Source: Chloroflexota bacterium
GTDB taxonomy: Bacteria; Chloroflexota; Anaerolineae; B4-G1; SLSP01
DNA: 64,000 nt
Direction: 5' to 3'
NCBI GenBank assembly: GCA_029555965.1
Contig: JAKQHY010000109.1
Span: forward strand, 862-64,861
Below are positions 20,738 through 30,308 of this stretch, in pieces (the first letter of the stretch is position 1; the number at the start of each line of letters is the position of its first letter). Both the position numbers and the translations under genes were made by a program. The notes beneath the pieces were generated by a model. It was not told the origin of the DNA and did no database searches. It saw only the letters and a program-made list of their open reading frames with translations.

Positions 20738-21085
20738 TCACGCCTGGAGCGCAGTTTCGACCAATTTGCCAAAGGCGCGCGAGTCATTCACGGCCAGATT
20801 GGCCAACATTTTCCGGTCAATCTGAATATTGGCCTGCTTCAGCGCGTGAATCAAACGGCTGTAGGAGACGCCATGGGGCCGGGCAGCGGCGTTGATGCGG
20901 ATGATCCACAGCCGGCGCATATCGCGTTTCCGCGCGCGGCGGTCGCGATAGGCGTAACGCATGGCCTTCATCCAGGCTTCATTCGCTCGCCGGAACAACT
21001 TGCGGCGCGTCCCATAATACCCTTTGGTCTGACTGATGATTTTCTTATGGCGACGGCGTGTTACGATACCCGTTTTAACTCTCAC
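20738..21085 (-). CDS. rplT: 50S ribosomal protein L20
   Basis: RVKTG...[26 protein letters not shown]...DRKMLA. Confidence 0.98.
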   Translation of the reverse strand: MRVKTGIVTRRRHKKIISQTKGYYGTRRKLFRRANEAWMKAMRYAYRDRRARKRDMRRLWIIRINAAARPHGVSYSRLIHALKQANIQIDRKMLANLAVNDSRAFGKLVETALQA

Positions 21086-21103
21086 AATCTCACCTCAATC
21101 CTT

Positions 21104-21322
21104 CTATGACTTTTGTTTCAGATAGGGCGCCAGGCGCTTTACCCGGCGGATGGTGCCCTTGTGTTCGACAACAAGCATTTCGTCGAACAGCGCTCGCACC
21201 CGGCGCGACCTGCGGCGTCGGAAGTGGCTCTTGCCCATTTTGGTGCGCATCAACTTGCCCTTACCACCTTGGGACAAACGAAAGCGCTTGGACGTGGACT
21301 TATGCGTCTTCAACTTTGGCAC
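21104..21322 (-). CDS. rpmI: 50S ribosomal protein L35
   Basis: PKLKTHKSTSKRF; position between infC and rplT. Confidence 0.95.
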   Translation of the reverse strand: MPKLKTHKSTSKRFRLSQGGKGKLMRTKMGKSHFRRRRSRRVRALFDEMLVVEHKGTIRRVKRLAPYLKQKS

Positions 21323-21339
21323 AGTAATTCCTCCTACAG

Positions 21340-21858
21340 CTACTTTTTCTTTTTAGGCGCCAACACCATCAACATAGTTCGGCCATCCAACAGAGGCGCC
21401 TGTTCCACAACCGCTACATCAGCAAGCTCATCAGCAATATCTTGAAGTTGCTTCATGGCAACCTCTGGATACGTGATCTCCCGCCCCCGGAAGCGAATTC
21501 GCACTTTAACTTTGTTACCTTCTTCGAGCCAGCCACGGGCGCTTTTGACTTTGAACAAAGTGTGATGATCGTTGGTTTTCGGACGTAGTTGAATTTCTTT
21601 GATCTCGATTTGCTTTTGCGCCTTGCGGGCTTCCCGTTCTTTTTTGGCTTGCTCGTATTGGAATTTGCCAAAATCCAGAATTCGTGTGACCGGCGGCTCA
21701 GAGTTCGGAGCTACCTCAACCAGGTCTAACCCAGCCTGCCTTGCCAGCCGCAGAGCTTCTTCGATGGCCAAGACCCCGTGATTGACTCCTTCGGCGTCAA
21801 TGACACGCACTTCGCGCACGCGAATTTTCTCATTGATGCGATATCTTTGCTTACTGAT
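21340..21858 (-). CDS. infC: Translation initiation factor IF-3 (non-canonical ATC start)
   Basis: In-frame extension ATC-SKQRYRINEKIR upstream of the track start, behind an AAGGGGG RBS; LDLVEVAPNSEPPV, KEIQLRP, KVRIRFRGRE. Confidence 0.96.
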   Translation of the reverse strand: MSKQRYRINEKIRVREVRVIDAEGVNHGVLAIEEALRLARQAGLDLVEVAPNSEPPVTRILDFGKFQYEQAKKEREARKAQKQIEIKEIQLRPKTNDHHTLFKVKSARGWLEEGNKVKVRIRFRGREITYPEVAMKQLQDIADELADVAVVEQAPLLDGRTMLMVLAPKKKK

Positions 21859-21914
21859 AGCAACCCCCCTTGTCTAACTCAATGCTATGTTGATGTGGGC
21901 ATAACCAGCTACGC

Positions 21915-21942
21915 ATCATAACATAAAAATGCTTTCTGTCAA
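21915..21942 (-). promoter_or_regulatory. sigma70-type promoter of infC-rpmI-rplT
   Basis: Minus strand TTGACA-16 nt-TATGAT with an extended TGn. Confidence 0.65.
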
Positions 21943-21957
21943 ACATTTTATCCCAGT

Positions 21958-22080
21958 AGTTACGCGGTTGTTTTCTTTAGACAGGATTTACAGGATTAAC
22001 AGGATAAAAAAGCGTCTATAGGGCTTCCTAATCCTGAAAATCCTGTTAATCCTGTCAAAAATATGGTAAACCGCGTAACT
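21958..22080. repeat. Palindromic element with AGTTACGCGGTT ends enclosing 9-nt ACAGGATTT/AATCCTGTT arms
   Basis: agttacgcggtt...gacaggatttacaggattaacaggat...aatcctgaaaatcctgttaatcctgtc...aaccgcgtaact. Confidence 0.8.
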
Positions 22081-22305
22081 CCTGTTATCCAAGGTCTTAT
22101 TGCTCTACTGTTGTGCGACATTCCTGCTTGAATTGAACGCTACCGTTGTTTTCTGGGGGCATTTTCCCATGGTGGATGGCGCTCGCCACCGCAAATCTCC
22201 GTTTTCACAGAAATCGTTTTTCGAGCTAAAATAATCAGTGATGTTCATATGAGACTCGCAATAATACAATTTTATTTTATATCAAGAGCTATTGTGGAGG
22301 AATAA

Positions 22306-23211
22306 ATGGAGACGCGCGCGTTAGGGAGAACCGGCCTTGAAGTCAGCCGCCTGGGCATCGGGCTGGCCGAAATCGGCTTTGAGTTGACGTTGGAAGAAGT
22401 GAACCATGCGGCGACGGTGCTCAACACCGCGCTGGACAACGGCATCACGTTCCTGGACACGGCGGCGTGCTACGACATCAGCGAGGAGCTGATCGGGCGG
22501 ACGATTGCCCACCGCCGCGCCGAGTTCGTGCTGGCGACGAAGGCCGGCCACGTCACGGGCGGCTACGCGGGCGAATCGTGGACGGCGCAGACCGTGCGCG
22601 ACAGCATTGATCGCAGCCTCGTGCGGATGCGCACCGACTACGTGGACCTGGTGCAGTTACATTCCTGCGATGTGGACGTGCTGGAGCGCGGCGACGTGAT
22701 CCACGCGCTGCAAGCGGCGCAGCAGGCCGGCAAGACGCGCTTCATCGGCTACAGCGGCGACAACGAAGCTGCGTTGTGGGCTGTGCAGAGCGGCCTGTTC
22801 GACACGCTGCAAACCAGCTTCAACCTGGTGGATCAAAACGCGCGGCTGTACTTGTTCGGCCCGGCGCAGGCGCAGGGGATGGGCGTCATCTGCAAGCGGC
22901 CCATCGCCAACGGCGCGTGGGGCGCCGCCAAGGCGCCCAGCGACTACGCCGCCGCCTACTTCGCCCGCGCGCAGCAGATGGCGGCGCTTGGCCCGCTGCC
23001 GGGCGCGCCGGCGGACCGCATCGTGCTGGCGCTGGGCTTCGGCTTCGCGCACGAGGCGGCGGACGTGTTGATCGTCGGCACGCGCAACCCCGCGCACCTC
23101 GCCGCCAACATCGCGCAAGTGACCACCCAGCTCCCCCTCGCGCCAGAAACCGTCGCCGAACTCCAACGCCGCTTCGAGCTGCTGAATCAATCCTGGATAC
23201 AGTTGGAGTGA
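22306..23211 (+). CDS. Aldo/keto reductase
   Basis: RALGRTGLEVSRLGIG, FLDTAACY, LATKAG, SLVRMRTDYVDLVQLH, GKTRFIGYS. Confidence 0.93.
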   Translation: METRALGRTGLEVSRLGIGLAEIGFELTLEEVNHAATVLNTALDNGITFLDTAACYDISEELIGRTIAHRRAEFVLATKAGHVTGGYAGESWTAQTVRDSIDRSLVRMRTDYVDLVQLHSCDVDVLERGDVIHALQAAQQAGKTRFIGYSGDNEAALWAVQSGLFDTLQTSFNLVDQNARLYLFGPAQAQGMGVICKRPIANGAWGAAKAPSDYAAAYFARAQQMAALGPLPGAPADRIVLALGFGFAHEAADVLIVGTRNPAHLAANIAQVTTQLPLAPETVAELQRRFELLNQSWIQLE

Positions 23212-23217
23212 GAGAAA

Positions 23218-23329
23218 AATTCGCAATTCGCAATTCGCAATTCGCAATTCGCAATTCGTAATTCGCAATTCGTAATTCGCAATTCCTAACTCGCAACTCG
23301 CAACTCCTAACTTGCAACTCTTAACTCAC
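23218..23329. repeat. Tandem heptamer array, 16 units (AATTCGC degenerating to AACTCNN)
   Basis: Units counted directly; fills the intergenic gap up to the next GGAGG. Confidence 0.95.
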
Positions 23330-23340
23330 TGGAGGTCACT

Positions 23341-24330
23341 ATGCTAAAAATCGGTATTTTGGGAATGGGCGGCATGGGCTGGCACCATGCCCGCCGGTAT
23401 CGGCAGTTGGCAAACGCGCGGGTGGTCGCCCTGGCGGACCTGGTGCCGGAACGTCTGGAAGCCAAAGAAACCGTGCAGATCAACCTGGCTGCGGAGGGAA
23501 CGCCGTTGGACTTCGCGCAGGTGGCGCGCTACGGCGAGGCCGCCGACCTCATCGCGCAGGCAGATGTGGACGTGGTGGACATCTGCCTGCCGACGGACTT
23601 GCACGCGCCCTACGCCATCAAGGCGCTGGAAGCGGGACGTCACGTCCTGTGCGAGAAGCCGATGGCGCTCACCTCTGCGGACGCTGACCAAATGATCGCG
23701 GCCTCGGAGGCGGCAGGGCGGTACTTGATGATCGCGCATTGCCTGCGTTTCTGGCCGGAGTATCTGTACCTCAAACGCTGCATCCAGGAGCAGATTTACG
23801 GGCGGCTGCTCTCGCTGAACATGTGGCGGATGGGCGGACATCCGGGCTGGGCGGCGCGCAACTGGTTCGCCGACCCGGCGTGCAGTGGCGGCATGACGAT
23901 GGACTTGCACATCCACGACGTGGACTACGTCAACGCCGTGTTCGGCCGCCCCGACCGCTTCTACGCCACGGCGCGCAAATCGGAGAAGGCGCTGACCCAC
24001 GACGTGCTGCACGCCATCTTCGAGTACACCGACGGCCCGCAGATTCACATGCACGCCGGGTGGAGTGTGGGGCAAATTCCGTTCCATGCCGGCTTCGAGG
24101 CGTGGTTCGATCGCGCGCTGCTCTGCTATGACGAGGGCAAGCTGACCGTCTTCGACGATCCCGGCAAAGTGGCCAGTCATCCCGCCGACTTCGCGCCGGG
24201 CGACGCCTACCTGAACGAAATCGCCTACTTCCTGCACTGCGTCGAGACGGCGACGCCGCCGGTGGAGTGCCTGCCGGAATCCGTGCGGGAATCCGTGGCG
24301 TTGGTAGAGGAGGAATTGCGGGGGGTTTGA
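23341..24330 (+). CDS. Gfo/Idh/MocA family oxidoreductase
   Basis: IGILGMGGMG, HVLCEKP, DLHIHD. Confidence 0.93.
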   Translation: MLKIGILGMGGMGWHHARRYRQLANARVVALADLVPERLEAKETVQINLAAEGTPLDFAQVARYGEAADLIAQADVDVVDICLPTDLHAPYAIKALEAGRHVLCEKPMALTSADADQMIAASEAAGRYLMIAHCLRFWPEYLYLKRCIQEQIYGRLLSLNMWRMGGHPGWAARNWFADPACSGGMTMDLHIHDVDYVNAVFGRPDRFYATARKSEKALTHDVLHAIFEYTDGPQIHMHAGWSVGQIPFHAGFEAWFDRALLCYDEGKLTVFDDPGKVASHPADFAPGDAYLNEIAYFLHCVETATPPVECLPESVRESVALVEEELRGV

Positions 24331-24435
24331 CAGCCCTGCCTTCTCTGGAAATAGATGTTTGAACGTTGGAACGTTTCAACGTTCCAACGTTTTTAAATCA
24401 TCTGCTATTTTTAACTGAACACAAAGGAGCAAACG

Positions 24436-25257
24436 ATGACAACGTTGAAATTGGGGGTCATGGCCCCGTTGGAACATGGGCCGGAAGAAGAACTCAAACG
24501 GGTTCACGAGTTTGGATTGCCGACGTGCCAGGTGGTCTGCTGGCATCGGGAATGGTTCACGCTGGAGGTGGCCGACCGGTTGATCGCGGCGGCGGAGCAG
24601 AAGCAGGTGGAGGTGACGACGATCTGGACGGGCGTGCCGGGACCGCACGTCTGGGATTTTGTGAAAGGCCCGGTCTCCATCGGCCTGGTGCCGCCGGAAT
24701 TTCGGGCGGAACGGGTGGCGACGCTCAAGGAAGGCGCAGATTTCGCCGCGCGGGTGGGCGCGCCGAGCATCACCACGCACGTCGGTTTCATCCCGGAGAA
24801 TATGACGGATCCGCTCTATTCTGGCACGCTGGACGCGCTGCGCGAGGTGGTGGAATACTGCGGCGAGCGCGGCCTGGGCTTCTGGTTCGAGACCGGACAG
24901 GAGACGCCGGTGGTGCTGCTGAGCGTCATCCAGGAATTGGGGTACGACAACCTGGGCATCAACCTCGATCCGGCCAACTTGCTGATGTACGGCAAGGCCA
25001 ACCCGGTGGACGCGCTGGACGTGTTCGGGCAGTACGTGCGCGGCATCCACGCCAAAGACGGCGAGTATCCCACCAATGGGCGGCAGTTGGGCGTCGAGAA
25101 GCCGCTGGGGGAGGGGCGCGTCAACTTCCCCGTGCTGATCCCCAAGCTAAAGTCGCTCGGCTACACCGGCGCGTTGACGATTGAGCGCGAAATTAGCGGC
25201 CCACAGCAGATCGCCGACATCCAACGCGCGATCGCGCTGCTGTCGCAATGGGTGTGA
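24436..25257 (+). CDS. Sugar phosphate isomerase/epimerase (xylose isomerase-like TIM barrel)
   Basis: FETGQE, INLDPAN, IHAKDG, LGEGRV, LTIERE metal-ligand pattern. Confidence 0.9.
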   Translation: MTTLKLGVMAPLEHGPEEELKRVHEFGLPTCQVVCWHREWFTLEVADRLIAAAEQKQVEVTTIWTGVPGPHVWDFVKGPVSIGLVPPEFRAERVATLKEGADFAARVGAPSITTHVGFIPENMTDPLYSGTLDALREVVEYCGERGLGFWFETGQETPVVLLSVIQELGYDNLGINLDPANLLMYGKANPVDALDVFGQYVRGIHAKDGEYPTNGRQLGVEKPLGEGRVNFPVLIPKLKSLGYTGALTIEREISGPQQIADIQRAIALLSQWV

Positions 25258-25332
25258 AGGAATCTTAAGACTGGGGTGATCGGAGACCGGCCAGAGTCTG
25301 CTGGGGCCGGCCTCTGACCATACCCCTACCTT

Positions 25333-26481
25333 CTATACACTCCCACGATCCGGCAACGATTCAAACGCCGGCACGTCCACCACAAAGACCTGTCCGTAGC
25401 CTTGCGGGTCGGCGGTGTAGACCACCTGCGTGCCCGTCGCGTTGAAGCAGGGGTGGACGTGGACGCGCTGCGTGTGGAACGAGCCGCGATGCCACGCCAA
25501 CACTTTCGGCCCCTCGAACTGTCCGTTTTTGAAGCGCCATAGCAGCAGATACGGGTCTTTGGCGTCGCCATCGCCGACCACCAGGTCGAGCATGTAGCTG
25601 TGGAAGTGCCAGCAATGCCCCTCAAACGGCGCCTCCACCTGGTCGGTGTTGTCGTAGCGGATCGCGCCGTAGACCGGGCCGGCGGGCGTCTTGCCGTGGT
25701 AGCCGATGTGCTCGCCGTCGCTCATCCAATATTCGTGCCCAATCGCCTCATCCGGCGCGTTGGGGCGGATTTGCCATACTTTGCCGGTGTTCAGGTCCAG
25801 TCCCCAGATACGATTCTCCACCAGATGCCACGGCCCTTCGTGGCAGAACGTGACGATGTTGGGCAGCCTGGGCGAGGCGTTGAAGTGACCGAGCCAGTAG
25901 TCCTCCTCAAAGACCACTTCCGGCTCGCCGCCGTCAATCGGGATTTTGATGATGAACGAGTGCGGGTGCGCCTCCCACGTTTCGCGGAAGCCGACGTAGC
26001 CGTGCCCCAAATCCACCATAAAACGGTCGGAGAGGTCTTGGGTGTAGCCCGCGCAGAGGTACTTGCCGTCCGCCGTCGCGTTGGCGCTGCCGCCCACGTA
26101 GCCCACCGGTCGCGTGTAGAGTGGGCGCGTCTCCAACGTCGCCAAATCCAGCGCCGTCAGCACGCCCTGCTGCGTGAAGTATAGCTCCTCGCGCACCGGG
26201 TTCTTGCTCAAGCCGCCGGGTTCGCCCAGCGCAGGGTTGAGGTCGGTGAGCTGTGTGATGTCCCCGCTTTCCAAATCCACCCCGAAGAGATTCGTGCGGT
26301 TCTCCCGGTCGGAGTAGAAGACAATTTTGCGACCGTGGTCATACCAGGAGGGGTAAGTAAAATAGAAGTGGTTGCTGTGCCCCTTGTAATGCGTATACTG
26401 CCGCACGGTCGCCCCGCTGACGGGGTCTGTGGATATCGTCAATTCCGATTCCCAATGCGAACCCACCTGTAGCTTTGCCAT
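25333..26481 (-). CDS. Oligogalacturonate lyase family beta-propeller protein
   Basis: DPVSGATVRQYT, HFYFT, WLGHFNASP, FCHEGPWHLVENRIW, GHEYW, HVHPCF. Confidence 0.85.
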   Translation of the reverse strand: MAKLQVGSHWESELTISTDPVSGATVRQYTHYKGHSNHFYFTYPSWYDHGRKIVFYSDRENRTNLFGVDLESGDITQLTDLNPALGEPGGLSKNPVREELYFTQQGVLTALDLATLETRPLYTRPVGYVGGSANATADGKYLCAGYTQDLSDRFMVDLGHGYVGFRETWEAHPHSFIIKIPIDGGEPEVVFEEDYWLGHFNASPRLPNIVTFCHEGPWHLVENRIWGLDLNTGKVWQIRPNAPDEAIGHEYWMSDGEHIGYHGKTPAGPVYGAIRYDNTDQVEAPFEGHCWHFHSYMLDLVVGDGDAKDPYLLLWRFKNGQFEGPKVLAWHRGSFHTQRVHVHPCFNATGTQVVYTADPQGYGQVFVVDVPAFESLPDRGSV

Positions 26482-26499
26482 AATGCCTCCATTACCCTA

Positions 26500-27450
26500 T
26501 TATTGCCCGCGGCGGTTTTGATTGCCGCGACGGCGAGTTATCAACCAACCCAATCCCACACTCAACAGCGCGCCCAGTCCCGCAAGGAGCGCACCGAATT
26601 TCGCCAGGTCTTGTCCAATCGTCGCCTGCGCCGGCGCGCCTTCCAGCGGCACGTACCGTCGGATCGCCAGCTTCGATAGATTGACGCTTATCACCGGACT
26701 CAAGTGCGCCGCCATACACAAAAAGCGATCCTGCGCCGTCACATAAGTCACCAAGCGGCGCTTCATCACGGCGTCCCAGATGCTTTGCGCCGCCACTTCA
26801 GCTTTGACCGGCTTGAAGGCGCCGGTCTTGGCCAGCAGCGCGTCCTTGGAGACGAACTGTCCCGCCGCCAGTTTGTTGCTTTCAAAGTCGGACTCCGTGT
26901 TGCCCGGCACCACTTTGATCACGTCAATGCCGTAGGCTGCGAGTTCGATGGCGGCCGACTGCGAGAGATACGACAACGCGGCCTTGCTCGCGCCGTAGCC
27001 GGCCGTATAAATGATCGGCGTGGATTCGACGATGGAAGAAACGTTGACAATTACCCCGTCGTGCTGCGCTTTCATGGTTGGCGCCACCGCCTGCAATAAC
27101 GCCAATGGCGCAAAGACGTTCAAGGCAAAGACGTATTCCAGTTTCTCCAAATCCACCGTCTCCAACGTGCCGGAGATACCGACGCCGGCATTGTTGATCA
27201 GCACGTCAATCCGGCCAAACTCCGCCAACGTTTTCTGCACCAGGGCCTCGATGTCACTTTTGACGGTGACATCGGTGGGGACCGCCAGCGCCTTGCTCCC
27301 GGCGGCGGTCATGTCCGCCGCCAGCTTTTGCAGCTTATCCTGAGAACGCGCCGCCAGCACAACCGCCCATCCTTTGCGACCAAAAAGTTCCGCTGTAGCG
27401 GCTCCGATGCCGGTGCTTGCTCCGGTCACGATCACAACGCGTGGTTGCAT
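26500..27450 (-). CDS. Short-chain dehydrogenase/reductase with C-terminal TM tail
   Basis: TGASTGIG, INNAG, VSS, YGASK. ATG at 27450 follows GGGAGGA. Confidence 0.9.
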   Translation of the reverse strand: MQPRVVIVTGASTGIGAATAELFGRKGWAVVLAARSQDKLQKLAADMTAAGSKALAVPTDVTVKSDIEALVQKTLAEFGRIDVLINNAGVGISGTLETVDLEKLEYVFALNVFAPLALLQAVAPTMKAQHDGVIVNVSSIVESTPIIYTAGYGASKAALSYLSQSAAIELAAYGIDVIKVVPGNTESDFESNKLAAGQFVSKDALLAKTGAFKPVKAEVAAQSIWDAVMKRRLVTYVTAQDRFLCMAAHLSPVISVNLSKLAIRRYVPLEGAPAQATIGQDLAKFGALLAGLGALLSVGLGWLITRRRGNQNRRGQ

Positions 27451-27462
27451 ATTGTCCTCCCT

Positions 27463-27793
27463 TGAAAATAGCGAATAGCGAATAGCGAATAGCAAAATCT
27501 CTGCGTCCTCTGCGTCTTTGCGGTGAAAATTTTCATCCAACCGCTGGTGAACCGCCGGTTAATGATGAATTCCTCTGAAAATACAAGACTGTTTCACGCA
27601 AAGGCGCAAAGATGCAAAGTAAAAACAGAAACTTGGCGGGCTTGGCGTCTTTGCGTGAGATTTTCATCCAACCGCTGGTGAACGGCCAGCCGTTAATGAG
27701 GAATTCCTCTGAAAATAGTGATTGGTGATTATTAGGGATTGGGGCAGCCCAATCCCTAATCCCCAATCCCTGGTCTCTGCGATGATTTTTCAT
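27463..27793. repeat. Composite intergenic repeat array: two ~55-bp direct repeats alternating with 7-nt and 9-nt periodic units
   Basis: ATTTTCATCCAACCGCTGGTGAAC...GTTAATGA(T/G)GAATTCCTCTGAAAATA at 27529-27583 and 27660-27717. Between and around them: (GAATAGC)n, CGCAAAG../CTTTGCG and GGGATT/AATCCC units. Confidence 0.85.
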
Positions 27794-29616
27794 CTACCCG
27801 CCGTTCGGGGCGCGGCGCGCAACACCAGCGGCAGGTACACGGGATAGAGTTGCGCAACGATCCGCATGTGGAGCGGCACAACGAACGGGCTTTGCGGCAT
27901 CGGCGTATCCGTGGTCAGAGTGATGACGCCGGTGTAATCGCCGACGGGGAGGCCGCGCGGATCAACCCTTACCCTGAAGGTACTCAGATACAGTGAGGCG
28001 GTCTCGCCCCACACGCTGGTGGTGGGGGCGACGCTGAACGGGAGACCTTGAGTGGCTGTGACGATGCTCCAATTGAACGGATAATCGCCGGTATTTTCCA
28101 CCACCACCGTCGCGGCCGCCGGGTGAGTGTCCGAGACCCCCTGCATCCACCCCAGGGCGGTGGGCCGCACCGCCATTCCCCAGAGGCCGATGACGTTGAG
28201 GGTCAGCGGGATTGTGATCGGATTGTGGGGCATGAGATCCGCCGCCGCTGTCACGGTCACGACGCCGGTGTAGGTTCCGGTCAGCAGGTCGCGCGCGTCC
28301 ACCACGATTTGGAAGCTCTCCCCGGCGGCCCCATCACTTGCAGTGACGGTGAAGGGCAGTCCTTGCGTTGTTGTGCTAAGCGTCCACGTGAAAGGCCGTT
28401 CGCCGGTGTTCTCCACCGTAACCGTCTCGGTGAAGCGTGCCCGTTCGCGCAGCCGGACGGTCCACTCGAAAGCATCGGGCGTCACGCGCATGGATTGCGC
28501 GGCCCACGAGTGGGGGCGTTTGGGCATTTCTTTCAGCCCTGTATACGCCGCGCGGGGGCTGCCATCGGGCTTCAGCACCGAAAACCACCGGAGTGGATCG
28601 CACGTTGCCATCCACGCGCTCGGCAAGGTCGCAAAATCCAGGTTGGAGACGACCATCACCTGCATCCAGGGCCAGTGGGTGTCGGCATAGGCAAAGGCGC
28701 GGGTGAGATAGGTGCTCTGGGAGATGGCGCTGACCTGCTGCCATGCGAACCCCCAATTTCCCCAATCCGGGTCGCATTCCACCCCCTCTTCGTCGGAATC
28801 CAACAGCCAGCCGAACTCTGTCGCCCAGATCGGCTTGTGGCTATCGCCGTGCGCGACCATCACCGCGTAGATATCCTCCGCGCGCCGGAAATTGGTGATG
28901 CCCCACCCGTACTCTTTGTCCTCCGGCGGGCCGCCAAAGCCGTAGTTGTGGATGCTGATAGCATCGAAGTGACCCTGCAAGCCCGCCGTGTACATGGCCT
29001 CAAGGTAAGTCGCGTCGTTGAGCGAGTGGACGCCATCCCCGCCGGTAGGCGCGAGGCTGCCGGCGACAATGATCGTGTCGGGATCGCCGGTTTTTGCGCC
29101 GAGGTATGCCCGCTTGACCATCTCTGTGTAACGCGCGGCGTCCAGGGATTGGCCGGTCCACTGAAAATCAAGATTTGGCTCGTTCCATACCTCAAAAGCG
29201 ACCCGGTAGCGGTAGCCGCAGGCCGCGCGCTGCTGGCCCACATACTCCGCCATTGCCTGGAAGAACGCCTGCCACCCCGCCATCTCATCGTCCTGGACAG
29301 GGCGCCAGTTGTTGGCGGCGCGCTCGACGCGGAACACCAGGTTGAGTTGGTTACGGCATGCCTCATCCAGCCGCCATTGCACGGTATCCCACTGGTAGAC
29401 GCCATCGCGGTCGGGATCAACATCATCCCAGCGGGCAAAATACTTGAACCAGTCGAACCCCGCGTCGCTCACCGCGTTCATGTGCGCGGGATCGGCGGGA
29501 TAACCAAGCATCATCCCGTAGCCGAGATGCGGCTCGGGCTCCTGGGCATACGTGGGCGCAACCCACCCTAATAATCCTACCGCGACCAAACACAGCACGA
29601 TTCCGATTTTATACAT
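27790..29616 (-). CDS. Secreted clan GH-A glycoside hydrolase with two BACON/Ig-like domains and a YLPLV tail
   Basis: Signal peptide MYKIGIVLCLVAVG...AQE; acid/base EVWNEPN; nucleophile IWATEFGW; two VENTG...W...G.YTGV repeats; VYLPLVLR. Confidence 0.85.
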   Translation of the reverse strand: MYKIGIVLCLVAVGLLGWVAPTYAQEPEPHLGYGMMLGYPADPAHMNAVSDAGFDWFKYFARWDDVDPDRDGVYQWDTVQWRLDEACRNQLNLVFRVERAANNWRPVQDDEMAGWQAFFQAMAEYVGQQRAACGYRYRVAFEVWNEPNLDFQWTGQSLDAARYTEMVKRAYLGAKTGDPDTIIVAGSLAPTGGDGVHSLNDATYLEAMYTAGLQGHFDAISIHNYGFGGPPEDKEYGWGITNFRRAEDIYAVMVAHGDSHKPIWATEFGWLLDSDEEGVECDPDWGNWGFAWQQVSAISQSTYLTRAFAYADTHWPWMQVMVVSNLDFATLPSAWMATCDPLRWFSVLKPDGSPRAAYTGLKEMPKRPHSWAAQSMRVTPDAFEWTVRLRERARFTETVTVENTGERPFTWTLSTTTQGLPFTVTASDGAAGESFQIVVDARDLLTGTYTGVVTVTAAADLMPHNPITIPLTLNVIGLWGMAVRPTALGWMQGVSDTHPAAATVVVENTGDYPFNWSIVTATQGLPFSVAPTTSVWGETASLYLSTFRVRVDPRGLPVGDYTGVITLTTDTPMPQSPFVVPLHMRIVAQLYPVYLPLVLRAAPRTAGR

Positions 29617-29697
29617 TCTGTACCTCCTCGCTAAATGGTTGTGGTTTCCCCTGCCGGCTGCCCGCAGGAACCGGTTGAGGGGGGTGTTGTTAATCAC

Positions 29698-29725
29698 TTT
29701 ATAGTCAAACCGGAGTGTCTGTCAA
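29698..29725 (-). promoter_or_regulatory. Putative sigma70 promoter of the glycoside hydrolase gene
   Basis: Minus strand TTGACA-16 nt-TATAAA. Confidence 0.55.
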
Positions 29726-30308
29726 TGTGGGCGTCGAGCTTCGGGCATGCTTATTGACCGGGCGTCGCATTGGCCCAGACCCTGCATGGCTTTCCCCCAT
29801 TGACTAAATCTACAAGTTCCCTATACTGATACTTGTGATCTGCTTCTAACAATGGGTTGTGGTAATGCATCCGCAGCCATCTGGTTGGAGTGTATGAATC
29901 TCTGTATGCAATATGCCGGGTTGTATCAGGATCATCCTGCTGGCTTTCCAGCGCCGCTACTCCCCTCAACTTTATCATCTCACATTGATTACCTTGCTGG
30001 CGAAGCATCGCCGTCTGTCCGCATCTGTGTGGCTGATGCGGACGCTCGCTTATATTACCACGCTTACCATCTCCCAAAATCCGGGCTGACATGCAAGTTC
30101 CTTGCGGCGGAGTTAGCCAGGGTTTTTGTCCTCTACGATTTCCCCACTTAATGAAGACCTGTCCTGTTGATGTGTCCGGGCTTCGACGGGTCTGGCGTTA
30201 AGGGGGACGTCTCTATGAACTCTCTGTGTGTCGTATTGTTGCGACTAGGGCCATACTTGGGGCGGGGCGCCGGGCGCTCTATTCAAGTTGTACCTTAAGG
30301 AGGTTCGT

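Noticed and set aside
22657-23317. ORFs beginning MRITNCELRIANCEL / MQVRSCELRVRNCEL
   Set aside because: Translations of the heptamer array running antisense into the aldo/keto reductase gene.
27463-27793. Possible CRISPR array
   Set aside because: Only two full ~55-bp repeats, the intervals are themselves low-complexity repeats, and there are no cas genes in the window.
29751-30151. ORFs 29751-30092 (-) and 29852-30151 (+)
   Set aside because: No RBS, motif or codon bias that I can support. They lie in a lower-GC divergent intergenic region; a decayed gene cannot be excluded.
30090-30300. c-di-GMP riboswitch upstream of the giant surface protein
   Set aside because: The GGAGTTAG fragment is not accompanied by the remaining class II consensus, and there is no class I GGCAAAC...GACGCAAAGC pattern.
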